A DNA stretch of 64,000 bases from Candidatus Heimdallarchaeum aukensis (GCA_021513695.1 CP084166.1:2048001-2112000), one strand, 5' to 3'. Positions 10,327-20,095 are shown, counted from the stretch's first letter. The notes: generated by a model not told the origin, from the letters alone. Translations and numbers: made by a program.

Positions 10327-12684
10327 TTGTTCAGAACTTTATTCTTTTTTTGTTCCTTAAGCGTAACCTTTTTTATTTTTCCTCAATACATACTCTGGAT
10401 AGCAAAATTGACCTCCTATATTCCTTTATCTCTTTCTGATGTTGTGCATAAAATAAGTATCTATGAGTCTGAATTGAATTTATTTAATAGTTCCAAGAAA
10501 AAAAACTTTGGTATCTACTATACCCCTGACTTTATAGTTGATTATATTGTTTCTAACGCTTTTCTTAGATATTTATCGAAGTTTGACAGCGATATTCCGC
10601 AATTAGTTAAGAAAATCTTGTCTCTTAACTCAAACCTCTCAAATCATGAAAAAAAGATTCTAATATATTTACACCAACATATTTTTCCAAATATAACTGT
10701 CTGTGATATATCGATGGGTTGGGGTGTCTTCCTCATCCATACATTTGATTACTTATTTTTACTGCGTAAAAACGTATTTATTCTTTTATATTCTCCTTCT
10801 TCTTCTGAATTAGAAGAGGAAAGCAAAAAAATCGCTATAGATATCATTCAGAATAGTCTTTTTGGTGCTGATCTTTCCGAAAAGGCTATAGAATTGGCTC
10901 AATTAAAGTTATTTAAACAAGTAATGGAAGCTCTAAATTGTTCTAATATTAAACTTCCTCGTGCTAATTTTAGACAAGGAAATAGTTTACTAGGTTTTAT
11001 TAATAAAGAATATATTAATGGAAAGGATTCTACAAACTACTGGGTTGAACTTTTTTTATCTAAATTTAAAAAGAAAACATTAATCACAGAAGTTTATAAC
11101 TTTTTAAGAAAACAAAAACTAGTTCATTGGAAATCATTTTTTCCTCAATTGAGAAATCGAGAAGGTTTTGATATTATCGTAGGAAATCCCCCCTACATCA
11201 ATGTTAAACGTTTACCACAAATTGAGAGATATATTTATGCAAGCATTTATGAAACTTATAATTCCAACGGTGATCTATCTAACGTTTTCTGGGAACGTGC
11301 ATTATCAATATTACGTCCCTCTGGAGTTGTTTCTTTTATAGTTCCTCGATACTGGTTAGAGGGTAAAGATAGCAATAAATTGAGATATTTTATCCAGAAG
11401 AATTCTAGAATCCTTGAAATCATGGACTTCCAAAGTAATAGGAGTTTGTTTTCTGAGAGCGAAAAAAAGTTGGGGGTCGATGTTTCTATTGTAACTTTAG
11501 AAAAAAGAAAAGAAAAAGGATTGTTTGACGTTTATATTTTACAAAATTCTGAGAGAATAACCTCTGTCAATAAACATAATTTTCTTGTTAAACAAATCGA
11601 TCAAGAATCCCTCTCCTCTTCAAGATGGAACTTTAATGTTCCTAAACTGGTTGAATATCTCGATGAACATAGTTGTTTAACACTTGGGGGAGATAAAGAA
11701 AATAATATTCCTGGTGTGTGTTATATCGGGAAAGGTTGTTCAACAGGTAATAATTCAATATTTACTTTAAAAAAAATTAAAGATAATATATTTGAAGGAT
11801 ATAAAAAAGTTAAACTTTCTCTCCCTGAAAATGAACAAAGAGTTTTAAGAAGATTAATTAAAAATAGTGATATTACCCGCTATTTTCTTAAAAAACAAGA
11901 GCGATATTGGATATTTCTCAAAGACAAGTCTATTTCAGATTACCCTATGATTGAGCAGTATCTACATAAGTATATCGAGAAACTCAAAGAAACACAAAAA
12001 AAATATGGTAGTAAGAACTTCTTTGACTATGCAGCCTATCGCTCTTTAAATTTAATTGATAGTGTTCCAAAAATCGTAACGCCATATCAGTCTTCAATTA
12101 ATAGATTTGCTTTAGTTAAAAGTAAAGCGCCCCTAACAATTAATGAAACAGATGTTATCACTCTTGTTATCAAACAAGAAATGCGTTCTAAGTTGGACTG
12201 GTTTTTTCTTCTTTCTCTTCTAAATTCTGAACTTTTACATTATTATATTAAACACAGAAACAAAAAAATTTACTATCTCTACGATTTTAGAACAAGTCAA
12301 ATTACCACTCTACCTATTCAAGTCTCTCACAACCAAAAAGTGGTAAGTTTCTTTTCTGAATGTATGTACAGAGCACAAGCACTTCAATTGGATGATAGAC
12401 TATATATGCAAGTCAGATCTAAACTCGAGTTTATAATAAATTCTTTGGTTTTTGAAATTTATCTTAGAGAGAAACTATCTTCAGAATTAGAAGAAGTGTT
12501 GCAAGAAATTGTCTTTACGCAGAAACCTGAAGTCATTAATTTTAAACGCGAAAATGAATTTCTTTCAAAAATATTGTCCTCTCCTACAATTATTAAACAA
12601 CTAAGACAGATTTACTCAAATAAGGAAGTAACCTCTGTAGTTAAAGATTTAAGTTTACCCTATTCAAAATTTATTATAAAGTGA
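10327..12684 (+). CDS. Gamma-class N6-adenine DNA methyltransferase (Eco57I/TaqI-like, with TaqI-type C-terminal specificity domain). No nuclease domain, apparently orphan.
   Basis: Motif X (FGIYYTPDFIVDYIV), motif I-like (DISMGWGVFL), motif IV (IVGNPPYI) in gamma-class order. About 450-aa C-terminal TRD-like region. Start codon uncertain (first ATG used). Confidence 0.75.
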   Translation: MFRTLFFFCSLSVTFFIFPQYILWIAKLTSYIPLSLSDVVHKISIYESELNLFNSSKKKNFGIYYTPDFIVDYIVSNAFLRYLSKFDSDIPQLVKKILSLNSNLSNHEKKILIYLHQHIFPNITVCDISMGWGVFLIHTFDYLFLLRKNVFILLYSPSSSELEEESKKIAIDIIQNSLFGADLSEKAIELAQLKLFKQVMEALNCSNIKLPRANFRQGNSLLGFINKEYINGKDSTNYWVELFLSKFKKKTLITEVYNFLRKQKLVHWKSFFPQLRNREGFDIIVGNPPYINVKRLPQIERYIYASIYETYNSNGDLSNVFWERALSILRPSGVVSFIVPRYWLEGKDSNKLRYFIQKNSRILEIMDFQSNRSLFSESEKKLGVDVSIVTLEKRKEKGLFDVYILQNSERITSVNKHNFLVKQIDQESLSSSRWNFNVPKLVEYLDEHSCLTLGGDKENNIPGVCYIGKGCSTGNNSIFTLKKIKDNIFEGYKKVKLSLPENEQRVLRRLIKNSDITRYFLKKQERYWIFLKDKSISDYPMIEQYLHKYIEKLKETQKKYGSKNFFDYAAYRSLNLIDSVPKIVTPYQSSINRFALVKSKAPLTINETDVITLVIKQEMRSKLDWFFLLSLLNSELLHYYIKHRNKKIYYLYDFRTSQITTLPIQVSHNQKVVSFFSECMYRAQALQLDDRLYMQVRSKLEFIINSLVFEIYLREKLSSELEEVLQEIVFTQKPEVINFKRENEFLSKILSSPTIIKQLRQIYSNKEVTSVVKDLSLPYSKFIIK

Positions 12685-12708
12685 TTTTACCGATACAATT
12701 TTCTATTT

Positions 12709-13146
12709 TTAAGTCAATAATTTGCCTAATTTAATAGCTGCTCTTTCTAAATCTAAAAATAGTAAACCAAGTTTTGTGTCTGGTGTAGTGGAAACGGTGA
12801 TAACTGCATTTTCTCCTGCTTGCATTGTAACAATATATCCATTATCTCCTTCAATAAGAATCTTCTTTACTTTTCCTTTTCTTAATTCTGAAACCACACG
12901 TTCCCCTAGAGACAAGCTTGCTGCAGTCATTGCTGAAATGCGAGTTTCATCAATGTTGTCCAACATTAATGAAGCTATGGGTAACCCTTCGACAGAAACA
13001 ACCGCGATATCTAAAATCCCTGGGGACTTGAATCTTAATTCACTTATACAATCAGTTATTTCTTCACTAATTTTGTTTGTTAGAATTCCAAAAGACAATA
13101 TTTTCACTCCTAATTTTTCCTTTGATTGTTCTCCTTTTTTATACAA
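12709..13146 (-). CDS. Roadblock/LC7 (MglB-like) domain protein
   Basis: 145 aa; pattern DIAVVSVEGLPIAS ... AASLSLGERV ... ILIEGDNGYIVTMQAGENAVITV typical of the Roadblock/LC7 fold. Confidence 0.7.
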   Translation of the reverse strand: MYKKGEQSKEKLGVKILSFGILTNKISEEITDCISELRFKSPGILDIAVVSVEGLPIASLMLDNIDETRISAMTAASLSLGERVVSELRKGKVKKILIEGDNGYIVTMQAGENAVITVSTTPDTKLGLLFLDLERAAIKLGKLLT

Positions 13147-13434
13147 AAATAGAACTTATAAAGACCACAAAATGTTAGTGATAATTCAAAAAGAAAATAG
13201 TTTTTAGCAGTAGGCACTAACCTTTCTTCTAAAGTTTTTGCAATATGTCTGTCTCAACCCTCTCCTTTCATTGTATGTTTAGGTTGAGTTACCAAGTGAT
13301 TAAACTTCCTTTAGTTTTCTCTCTTGAAAGACTGAGTGCGAAAAACTTACGTAAAAAAGTAAATTATATCAATCGACACACTTAAATCATTTAATAATCG
13401 GTTGAGGACAAAGGTTAGATTTTGGTGAATCAGT

Positions 13435-15549
13435 GTGACTAAGCTTGAAAAACTATTAAGGCCTGAAAGCGTAGTAATTATTGGCGCTTCTTCTGATGAA
13501 AAGAAAGTTGGTTATGCAGCATTAAAAAATATGATTGATTGTGGGTTCAAAGGAAGGTTATATGCTGTTAATCCCAAAGCTGAACGCTATAATTATGAAA
13601 TTTTGGGTGTCAAGTGTTATTCTCGTGTAAGCGATATCGAAGATACAATTGATCTAGCAGTAATTTGCATTCCTGCACGGTTTATTCCTGCAACTATTGA
13701 AGAATTAGGTGGAAAGAAAGTCCCATATGTTGCTGTAATAACTGCTGGTTTTAAAGAAGTTGGAGAAGAAGGAGCAAAACTTGAAAAGGAACTAGTTGAA
13801 CTTGTGAAAAAATACAACATGAGAATGGTAGGGCCGAATATTTTAGGTATAATAGATACTATTGCACCTATAAATGCAAGTTTTGCAGAACAAACTCCAA
13901 TAAGAGGAGATATTGCATTTATATCCCAAAGTGGAGCTCTTTTAACGGGTATTCTAGATTGGAGTAGAGCAGAGGGAATAGGCTTCTCATCTTTTATAAG
14001 TATAGGTAATAAAGCAGATCTGGACGCAACAGACTTTATTGAAGCTTTAGGTGAGGATAAGCATACAAAAGCAATATTGGCTTATTTGGAAAGTATAAAT
14101 CGAGGGGAAGAATTCATTAAGATTTGTTCTGAAGTAACGAGGACAAAACCTGTCCTTATTATTAAATCAGGAAGATCAAAAGCTGGAGCAAAGGCAGCAT
14201 CTTCACACACAGGAAGTATGGCTGGTGCAGATACAACTTATGATGTTGCTTTTGAAAAATGTGGTGTAATAAGAGCTGATGATGCTGAAGAATTGTTTGA
14301 TATGGCATTTTCATTCAGTTGTATGCCTATACCAAAAGGAAATAGAATAGTAATAATTACTAATGCTGGTGGACCTGGAATTCTGGCAACTGATGCTGCC
14401 GAAAGAGAAGGGTTAGAATTAGCAGAGATATCCCCCGAGTTTGAGGCAAAATTAAGAGAATTTCTACCTCCTGCATCAAGTTTCAAAAATCCGATAGATG
14501 CCTTAGGAACAGCACAAGGAGAGGATTATGGACGGATAATAGAACTAGCATGTAAAGAAGAAAATATAGATGGAATAGTCGTTATTTTAACGCCACAAGC
14601 TATGACCGAAGGACAAGAAACTGCAGAAAGAATTGTGGAGATGCATGAAAAATATCCTGAAAAACCTATCATTGCAGTTTTTATAGGGGGAGAATCATTA
14701 GGCCCCGCAATATATTATTTGAAGAAACACAAAATACCCACATTTACACTTCCAGAGAGAGGGGTTGGAGCTATGGCCGCTATGGCAAGATATGCTAAAA
14801 TAAAAAACAGGCCAGAAGATGAACCTATACCTGAAATAGAAGTAGATAAACAGAGAGTAGAAGAAATATTCAAGAAAGTAAGGGCTGAAGGTAGAAAAAC
14901 GTTATATGGCACAGAAGCAAAAGAAGTGGTAAAGGTATATGGAATAACTACTCCTGCGGCTAAATTAGCAAAAACAAGCGATGAAGCTAAACAAATCGCT
15001 AAAGAACTAGGTTTCCCTGTAGTTATGAAGATAACAGGGGAAGGAATTATGCATAAAAGTGACATCGGAGGAGTAAAAGTAGGTATAAAAAATGAAGAAG
15101 AAGTAGAAAAAGCTTTTACTGAAATAATGGAAAATGTAAAGAAACATTATCCAAACGCAGAAAGCCTAATAGAAGTGCAATATATGGCTCCTCTAGGAAG
15201 AGAATTAATAACAGGAATATTACAAGATCCTCAATTTGGTCCACTAGTAATGATAGGATTAGGAGGAATATATACCAACTTCCTTAAAGATGCAGCTTTC
15301 GGTTTAGCTCCACTAAGCTACAAAGAAGCTGAAATTGTGTTAAGAAAAACAAAATCTTACACATTGTTAAAAGGAGTAAGAGGAGAAAAACCTTCAGATA
15401 TAAAGGCAATAGTTGACACTATGGTGAAAATATCACTGCTTGCAAGAGATTTCAAAAACGATATTAAAGAGATGGACGTAAACCCATTCTTCGCTTATGA
15501 AGAAGGAAAAGGAATCTCAGCAGTAGATGTAAAAATAGTACTTAATTAA
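13435..15549 (+). CDS. ADP-forming acetyl-CoA synthetase (NDP-forming acyl-CoA synthetase, fused alpha+beta)
   Basis: 704 aa, GTG start. CoA-binding/succinyl-CoA-synthetase-like N-terminal half (VVIIGASSDEKKVGY, MVGPNILGII) and ATP-grasp C-terminal half (GFPVVMKITGEGIMHKSDIGGVKVGI). Confidence 0.85.
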   Translation: MTKLEKLLRPESVVIIGASSDEKKVGYAALKNMIDCGFKGRLYAVNPKAERYNYEILGVKCYSRVSDIEDTIDLAVICIPARFIPATIEELGGKKVPYVAVITAGFKEVGEEGAKLEKELVELVKKYNMRMVGPNILGIIDTIAPINASFAEQTPIRGDIAFISQSGALLTGILDWSRAEGIGFSSFISIGNKADLDATDFIEALGEDKHTKAILAYLESINRGEEFIKICSEVTRTKPVLIIKSGRSKAGAKAASSHTGSMAGADTTYDVAFEKCGVIRADDAEELFDMAFSFSCMPIPKGNRIVIITNAGGPGILATDAAEREGLELAEISPEFEAKLREFLPPASSFKNPIDALGTAQGEDYGRIIELACKEENIDGIVVILTPQAMTEGQETAERIVEMHEKYPEKPIIAVFIGGESLGPAIYYLKKHKIPTFTLPERGVGAMAAMARYAKIKNRPEDEPIPEIEVDKQRVEEIFKKVRAEGRKTLYGTEAKEVVKVYGITTPAAKLAKTSDEAKQIAKELGFPVVMKITGEGIMHKSDIGGVKVGIKNEEEVEKAFTEIMENVKKHYPNAESLIEVQYMAPLGRELITGILQDPQFGPLVMIGLGGIYTNFLKDAAFGLAPLSYKEAEIVLRKTKSYTLLKGVRGEKPSDIKAIVDTMVKISLLARDFKNDIKEMDVNPFFAYEEGKGISAVDVKIVLN

Positions 15550-15645
15550 TTAAAATAAAGAATTTTAAATAAATTCTCTTCTTTTTTTGTTTTTTATTTA
15601 TAAAAGCAAATAAATTTTAAATAATACCATAAAAGTAGGAAAAAC

Positions 15646-16335
15646 ATGGTGCTTTTAGAGATTCTTGTACTCCTTGTAGGATATATCTGTGGCTCGATTC
15701 CCGTAGGTTTCTTAATAGGAAAAATAGGTTATAATATTGATGTAAGAAAACATGGTAGTGGAAATATAGGAATGGCAAATGTAATGCGTCTATGCGGAAA
15801 AAAAGCAGGAATAATGACAATGATAGGTGATATGGTAAAAGGAACAATTGCCGTTCTAAGTGGGAGAATATTAATATGGACAAAAAATTTTGAAGGATTA
15901 GGAAAAATAGGACAAGTAGAATTAACAAATGAAGGGTTATTTCTGTCATTAATAGTCTTTACAACAATAATAGGGCATAGTTTTCCAATATGGTTAAAGT
16001 TTAAAGGAGGGAAATCAGCAAGTGTGGGAGGAGGAGCAATATTAGGAATAAACCCAATAGCATTTGTAATAATAATGAGTTTATGGATTGTTATACTTAA
16101 AAAAACTAAATATACTTCACTTTCAAATTTAGTAGCAGGTATGCTCTATCCTCCATTGTTATGGGTGTTCGCGGGAACTGATCCTTTCTTTAACAACAAT
16201 TGGCAAGCAGCAATAGTAGGAGCAATATGTTTGTTGTTTGTAATCTGGAGACATAGGGAAAATGTGTCAAGGTTAATAAAAGGAACAGAAAGAAAAATTG
16301 GACAAAAAGAAAAAATAGAAGAGAAAAAAGACTAG
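15646..16335 (+). CDS. plsY: Glycerol-3-phosphate acyltransferase PlsY family (acyl-phosphate:G3P acyltransferase), bacterial-type
   Basis: YICGSIPVGFLIGK ... HGSGNIGMANVMRLCGKKAG ... GDMVKG matches PlsY signature blocks. Multi-TM. Confidence 0.8.
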   Translation: MVLLEILVLLVGYICGSIPVGFLIGKIGYNIDVRKHGSGNIGMANVMRLCGKKAGIMTMIGDMVKGTIAVLSGRILIWTKNFEGLGKIGQVELTNEGLFLSLIVFTTIIGHSFPIWLKFKGGKSASVGGGAILGINPIAFVIIMSLWIVILKKTKYTSLSNLVAGMLYPPLLWVFAGTDPFFNNNWQAAIVGAICLLFVIWRHRENVSRLIKGTERKIGQKEKIEEKKD

Positions 16336-16431
16336 AATTAAAATAATGGATAGTTTAGTTCTTTTTAAGTTCTTTTTTGAAAAATTGATTTTTCTTATTT
16401 TTTACTGATTAAAAACGTTTTAATTATTGAA

Positions 16432-17178
16432 ATGAGAGAAAAGAATATAATGAAGAGAAAAATCTCAAAGTCAATCAGTGCACTAGAAATCATAGGTATA
16501 ATAATAGTTGCGTCAGCAGCAACAATATTGATAGTAACAAACATTCAACTAGTAAAAGTAGAAGAGATTTTTCTTGAAAAAGAGTACATAAAAGGAGAGA
16601 ATGTGACATTAAAAGTCCAAATAAATAAAAAAATAGAAGAGATCTCAGAAATAGATTATTGTCTGGTGGGGATAAAATCAGAAAATTACTCTTATGAGGG
16701 AGTGTTCAAAGCAAACATAGAAAAAATAGAAATAGATAATTTAAAAACAAAAAGAACAAACATCACAGTATCATTAAAACCATTAATTAAAAATGAAAAT
16801 GGATATTATGCATTAAACGTAGGAAATTATGAAATAGAAAGCCTAGAGTTAAAAATAGGAAGAAAAATAATCAAGCATAGATTAAATGCAAATTTCGTTA
16901 TAAAACATGGAGAAGAGGAAGAAAGAATAAAAAATGGAAATTTTGAACAAGAAGGAGATTATTGGATAATAGAATACAATAAAGAAAAATTTACACTAAA
17001 TTTTAAAGAAAATGAGTATACAGATGGAAAAGCACTAATCTTAAGAAAAAATGAGGAAAAGACAGAAACAAATCAAACATCTATATTGACTATGACACAG
17101 AAAATTAAACTAAAAGATATACACTACCTAGAAATGGATGTAAAAGTAATAAGTGAAAATGAGAGTAAAGTAAATTAA
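16432..17178 (+). CDS. Secreted or surface protein with pilin-like (class III-like) N-terminal signal/anchor
   Basis: N-terminus is basic (KRKISKSIS) followed by ALEIIGIIIVASAATILIV, Glu about +5 from a possible cleavage site. Remainder hydrophilic and K/E/N-rich. Confidence 0.5.
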   Translation: MREKNIMKRKISKSISALEIIGIIIVASAATILIVTNIQLVKVEEIFLEKEYIKGENVTLKVQINKKIEEISEIDYCLVGIKSENYSYEGVFKANIEKIEIDNLKTKRTNITVSLKPLIKNENGYYALNVGNYEIESLELKIGRKIIKHRLNANFVIKHGEEEERIKNGNFEQEGDYWIIEYNKEKFTLNFKENEYTDGKALILRKNEEKTETNQTSILTMTQKIKLKDIHYLEMDVKVISENESKVN

Positions 17179-17180
17179 GT

Positions 17181-18032
17181 GTGAAAATTAACAATAAAGA
17201 AAGAAAACATGTGCAAGAAATAGATGAAAAAAGCAAAATGCATCAAAAAATAATTTTTGGAGAAATAAAAGAAGAAAATGAAGAAGCAAACATATCAATA
17301 GAAATAACAACAACAGAAGAAATAAACAAAGATTTTGAAATAATAATTGACAACGTGTCAATAAAAGCTTATGAAAAAAAGATTTTCATAGCAATATTAG
17401 ATAATAACTGGAAAATAGCACAAGGAAAGGTAATAAGAAACGAGACAGAGATAGCAGTAGAAAGAGCATCAAAATATTTCGAGAAGAACCTGGGTATAAA
17501 ACTAATACCACTGGTAAGAGTAGAGTGGAAACTAGAAAGTGAAAACAAAATAATAAGCTTAGATGAGATGCATGAAAAAGCAATAAAAGATGCAGAAAAA
17601 TTGTTGGGATTAAAACAAGAGTGGATAGTAGAAAAAGGAAGATCAGAAAAAAATAATGGGTTCGATATGCTAAACGCTTTCACAAATAAAACAGGAGAAC
17701 ATTTCGGATTTATATTCGGAGGAGAAAATGCAGCCTTCCACTTCGCTCAATCAAATTACCTGCAAAAAGCACTAAATGAAGCAGGAATGGGATACATACA
17801 AGTAACAGTGATAGATGAATGGGCAGAAAGCCTGGTACAACATGAAGTAAGCCATATATTCGGAGCAAAAGATAGAGACAGTAGAGAGTATGAACCAAGT
17901 GTGATGACAAAACAATTGACAACAGAAGAAGTAATAAAAGCATTTATAGAAGGAAAAATGTGGTTACAATGCAATAATTGGTTAATAGAAGACATGAAAA
18001 TAATGATAGAAAATGTAGAACTATTCAAATAA
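17181..18032 (+). CDS. Putative zincin (Asp-zincin/metzincin-like) metallopeptidase domain protein
   Basis: GTG start 2 nt after the upstream stop. C-terminal HEVSHIFGAKD (HExxHxxGxxD) followed by EPSVMT (Met-turn-like). No signal peptide of its own. Confidence 0.5.
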   Translation: MKINNKERKHVQEIDEKSKMHQKIIFGEIKEENEEANISIEITTTEEINKDFEIIIDNVSIKAYEKKIFIAILDNNWKIAQGKVIRNETEIAVERASKYFEKNLGIKLIPLVRVEWKLESENKIISLDEMHEKAIKDAEKLLGLKQEWIVEKGRSEKNNGFDMLNAFTNKTGEHFGFIFGGENAAFHFAQSNYLQKALNEAGMGYIQVTVIDEWAESLVQHEVSHIFGAKDRDSREYEPSVMTKQLTTEEVIKAFIEGKMWLQCNNWLIEDMKIMIENVELFK

Positions 18033-18200
18033 AAATAAAGAAAAAAGACAAAAGAAGCAATGGGTGGGAAAAAGAAAAATTGTAACTATCAGAAAGCGAA
18101 AACTTTAATTAATAATTTGGAAGCAGTAATCCGTCAATAAAAAGAAAAAATTGACAAAAAAGAAAAAAGAAAAATGGCAAAAACGCCCACTAAAAGCGCT

Positions 18201-18277
18201 GGCGGGGTAGTCTAGCTTGGTATGGCCCCTGGTTTGGGACCAGGTGATCAGGAGTTCAAGTCTCCTCTCCGCCACCA
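18201..18277 (+). tRNA. tRNA-Pro(TGG), CCA encoded
   Basis: Acceptor GGCGGGG/CTCCGCC, anticodon arm CCTGG-TTTGGGA-CCAGG, T-arm AGGAG-TTCAAGT-CTCCT, discriminator A, CCA. Confidence 0.85.
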
Positions 18278-18425
18278 TTTTCCTTTGTTTTGAGGCTTTT
18301 TCAGTTCTTTCTTCTGGGAAGATATGCATATTTTACTATTTGAATAAATAATCTAATTATTATGACCAATAATTGTTAGCTCATATTCACTGTATTCTCG
18401 TAACTAACAACAAAAAAACGCTTTG

Positions 18426-19178
18426 TTATTCTGACGAACTGGAGAGTAAATCCTCTGCTCTTAACTTTTTACTAGTTCTCCTATTATAATTTTCTTGAAT
18501 TCTATTAAGGCCGCTATAAAAATCATTATACCTGTTAATTTGTTTTGTAGTTTTTCTTTTTTCTTCATTTTTTCTCTCACGATTAAAAAGATAAGAGAAA
18601 TATTCTCTAACTGACAAACCTGTCTCCTTTATATGATTAAATAATAAACCAATTACGTAGGCAATAGGAAAAACAATTATGGCTATAATAAAGAGATATT
18701 TAAGCCAATCTACACTTTTTCCTACTACTAGAAGAACAATAACAGTTGGTAAATATAATGCTGAAATAGTAGCTACGATTATTGCTATTATATAAAAAAA
18801 TTCAAAAAAAAGTCTACTTATGCTATATGCACCACTTGAAAGATACTTAAACAACAGCCCAACTCCAAAGTTCACAGTAAAAATACCCAAAATAGTGAAC
18901 ATAAATAGATAAACAAGGCTGTTTGTAGGATACTTTTTAAGAGCAATTACATAAAGAATCGAGGATCCTAAAACAGTACAAATAATCTGGACAAAAGGCT
19001 TCCATCTCGACCAGTTTTTACTCACATACTTAGAGGTTTTTCTTTTTGGTGGAGTCTTTATACTAGCCTCAGCTTCGCCATATTCAGCAAGTTTTACAGC
19101 TGTAGAATATAGGCTCATACGTCTCCTCTTTTGTGTTAATTGCTTATGAAAGTCCTTTTCCTTTTTTTTACTGTACAT
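18426..19178 (-). CDS. Hypothetical multi-pass membrane protein
   Basis: 250 aa, 4-5 hydrophobic helices, basic N- and C-terminal tails. Confidence 0.6.
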   Translation of the reverse strand: MYSKKKEKDFHKQLTQKRRRMSLYSTAVKLAEYGEAEASIKTPPKRKTSKYVSKNWSRWKPFVQIICTVLGSSILYVIALKKYPTNSLVYLFMFTILGIFTVNFGVGLLFKYLSSGAYSISRLFFEFFYIIAIIVATISALYLPTVIVLLVVGKSVDWLKYLFIIAIIVFPIAYVIGLLFNHIKETGLSVREYFSYLFNRERKNEEKRKTTKQINRYNDFYSGLNRIQENYNRRTSKKLRAEDLLSSSSE

Positions 19179-19658
19179 TAAAACGAAAATCTCAATAAAT
19201 ATTTATAAATTTTATCTATTAAGAAGTATTATGACTAATTAGAACTATCTTGATAATACTCTAAAAGACTAGTTACTAAAAGTAAACAATAAACATAAAA
19301 AACAACCACACCCTAGAAAACTTAGAAAGAGAGTAGTTAAAAAGTACAGAATGGAGAGGAAGTAACCTAAACCGCAGTATAGTAAATATTGAGTAGAAAA
19401 ACCATCTATAAGCGAATTAAAAAGATAAGGAAGATACTAATAAAGAATGGTGTGTAAACACTCGGATGTATCAAAGAAGGGAAAGCGGAAGATCCACCAT
19501 AATTATCACTGATTTAATATCCTGTACTCAGTAGGACACCTAAACCTCTCAAACGGGTATCGAAGATGACAAAAGATTCTTCCATGAGAAGGTAATCCAT
19601 TTTGTTAGTAATTGACCTCTTAATCTTAATTCTCTATAAACTAATTAAAATAGGAACT

Positions 19659-19797
19659 TGGTGCCCCGACCGGGAACCTCAAAAAAAATGCCTCAACATT
19701 TTTCTTTTTGAACCCGGGTCTGCGGATATTCCTGCCACATCCGCGAACTTTAGCATGTGAAAGTCCGCAATGATTGGCCGAGCTACACCATCGGGGC
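19659..19797 (-). tRNA. tRNA-Glu(TTC) with two introns (anticodon loop about 30 nt and T-loop about 31 nt), CCA encoded
   Basis: Exon sequence closely resembles archaeal tRNA-Glu (GCCCCGA-TGGTGTAGCTCGGCCAATCAT-GCGGA-CTTTCA...TCCGC-AGAC-CCGGG-TTCAA...TT-CCCGG-TCGGGGC-A-CCA). 139 nt = 77 + 2 insertions. Confidence 0.75.
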
Positions 19798-19998
19798 ATA
19801 GAGTTTTTGTCTTGTTGAAATGATAGAATTAAATTGATTTTTAATATTTTTGTTTGTCGTGTCCTCTTATTAATAATGATTTTCTTTATATTCTGTTATT
19901 ATCTTACAGAGATAAATTTAAAAAATAAATGTTAACTCGTTTCTTAATCCATATAGAAAAACTGCTCGTTTCCTACTTTGTTCATTTGCTTAAAATTT

Positions 19999-20084
19999 CG
20001 CGGGGATTGCCGAGCGGTCAAAGGCGCTGGACTTAGGATCCAGTCCTTAGTGGTTCGAGAGTTCGAATCTCTCTCCCCGCACCA
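19999..20084 (+). tRNA. tRNA-Leu(TAG), long variable arm, CCA encoded; integration target
   Basis: Acceptor GCGGGGA/TCCCCGC, anticodon arm CTGGA-CTTAGGA-TCCAG, T-arm GAGAG-TTCGAAT-CTCTC. 3' end duplicated 2.8 kb downstream. Confidence 0.85.
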
Positions 20085-20095
20085 TTTCTTCTTTT
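20057..20095. repeat. 39-bp direct repeat, copy 1 (attL-like): last 28 nt of tRNA-Leu plus 11 nt
   Basis: gagagttcgaatctctctccccgcaccatttcttctttt, identical to 22887-22925. Confidence 0.85.

Noticed and set aside
12722-13207. 161-aa plus-strand ORF
   Set aside because: Antisense to the Roadblock-domain gene, which has recognisable domain sequence. The plus ORF has no motif.
18105-18329. 74-aa minus-strand ORF
   Set aside because: Lies antisense across tRNA-Pro; no RBS; low-complexity product.
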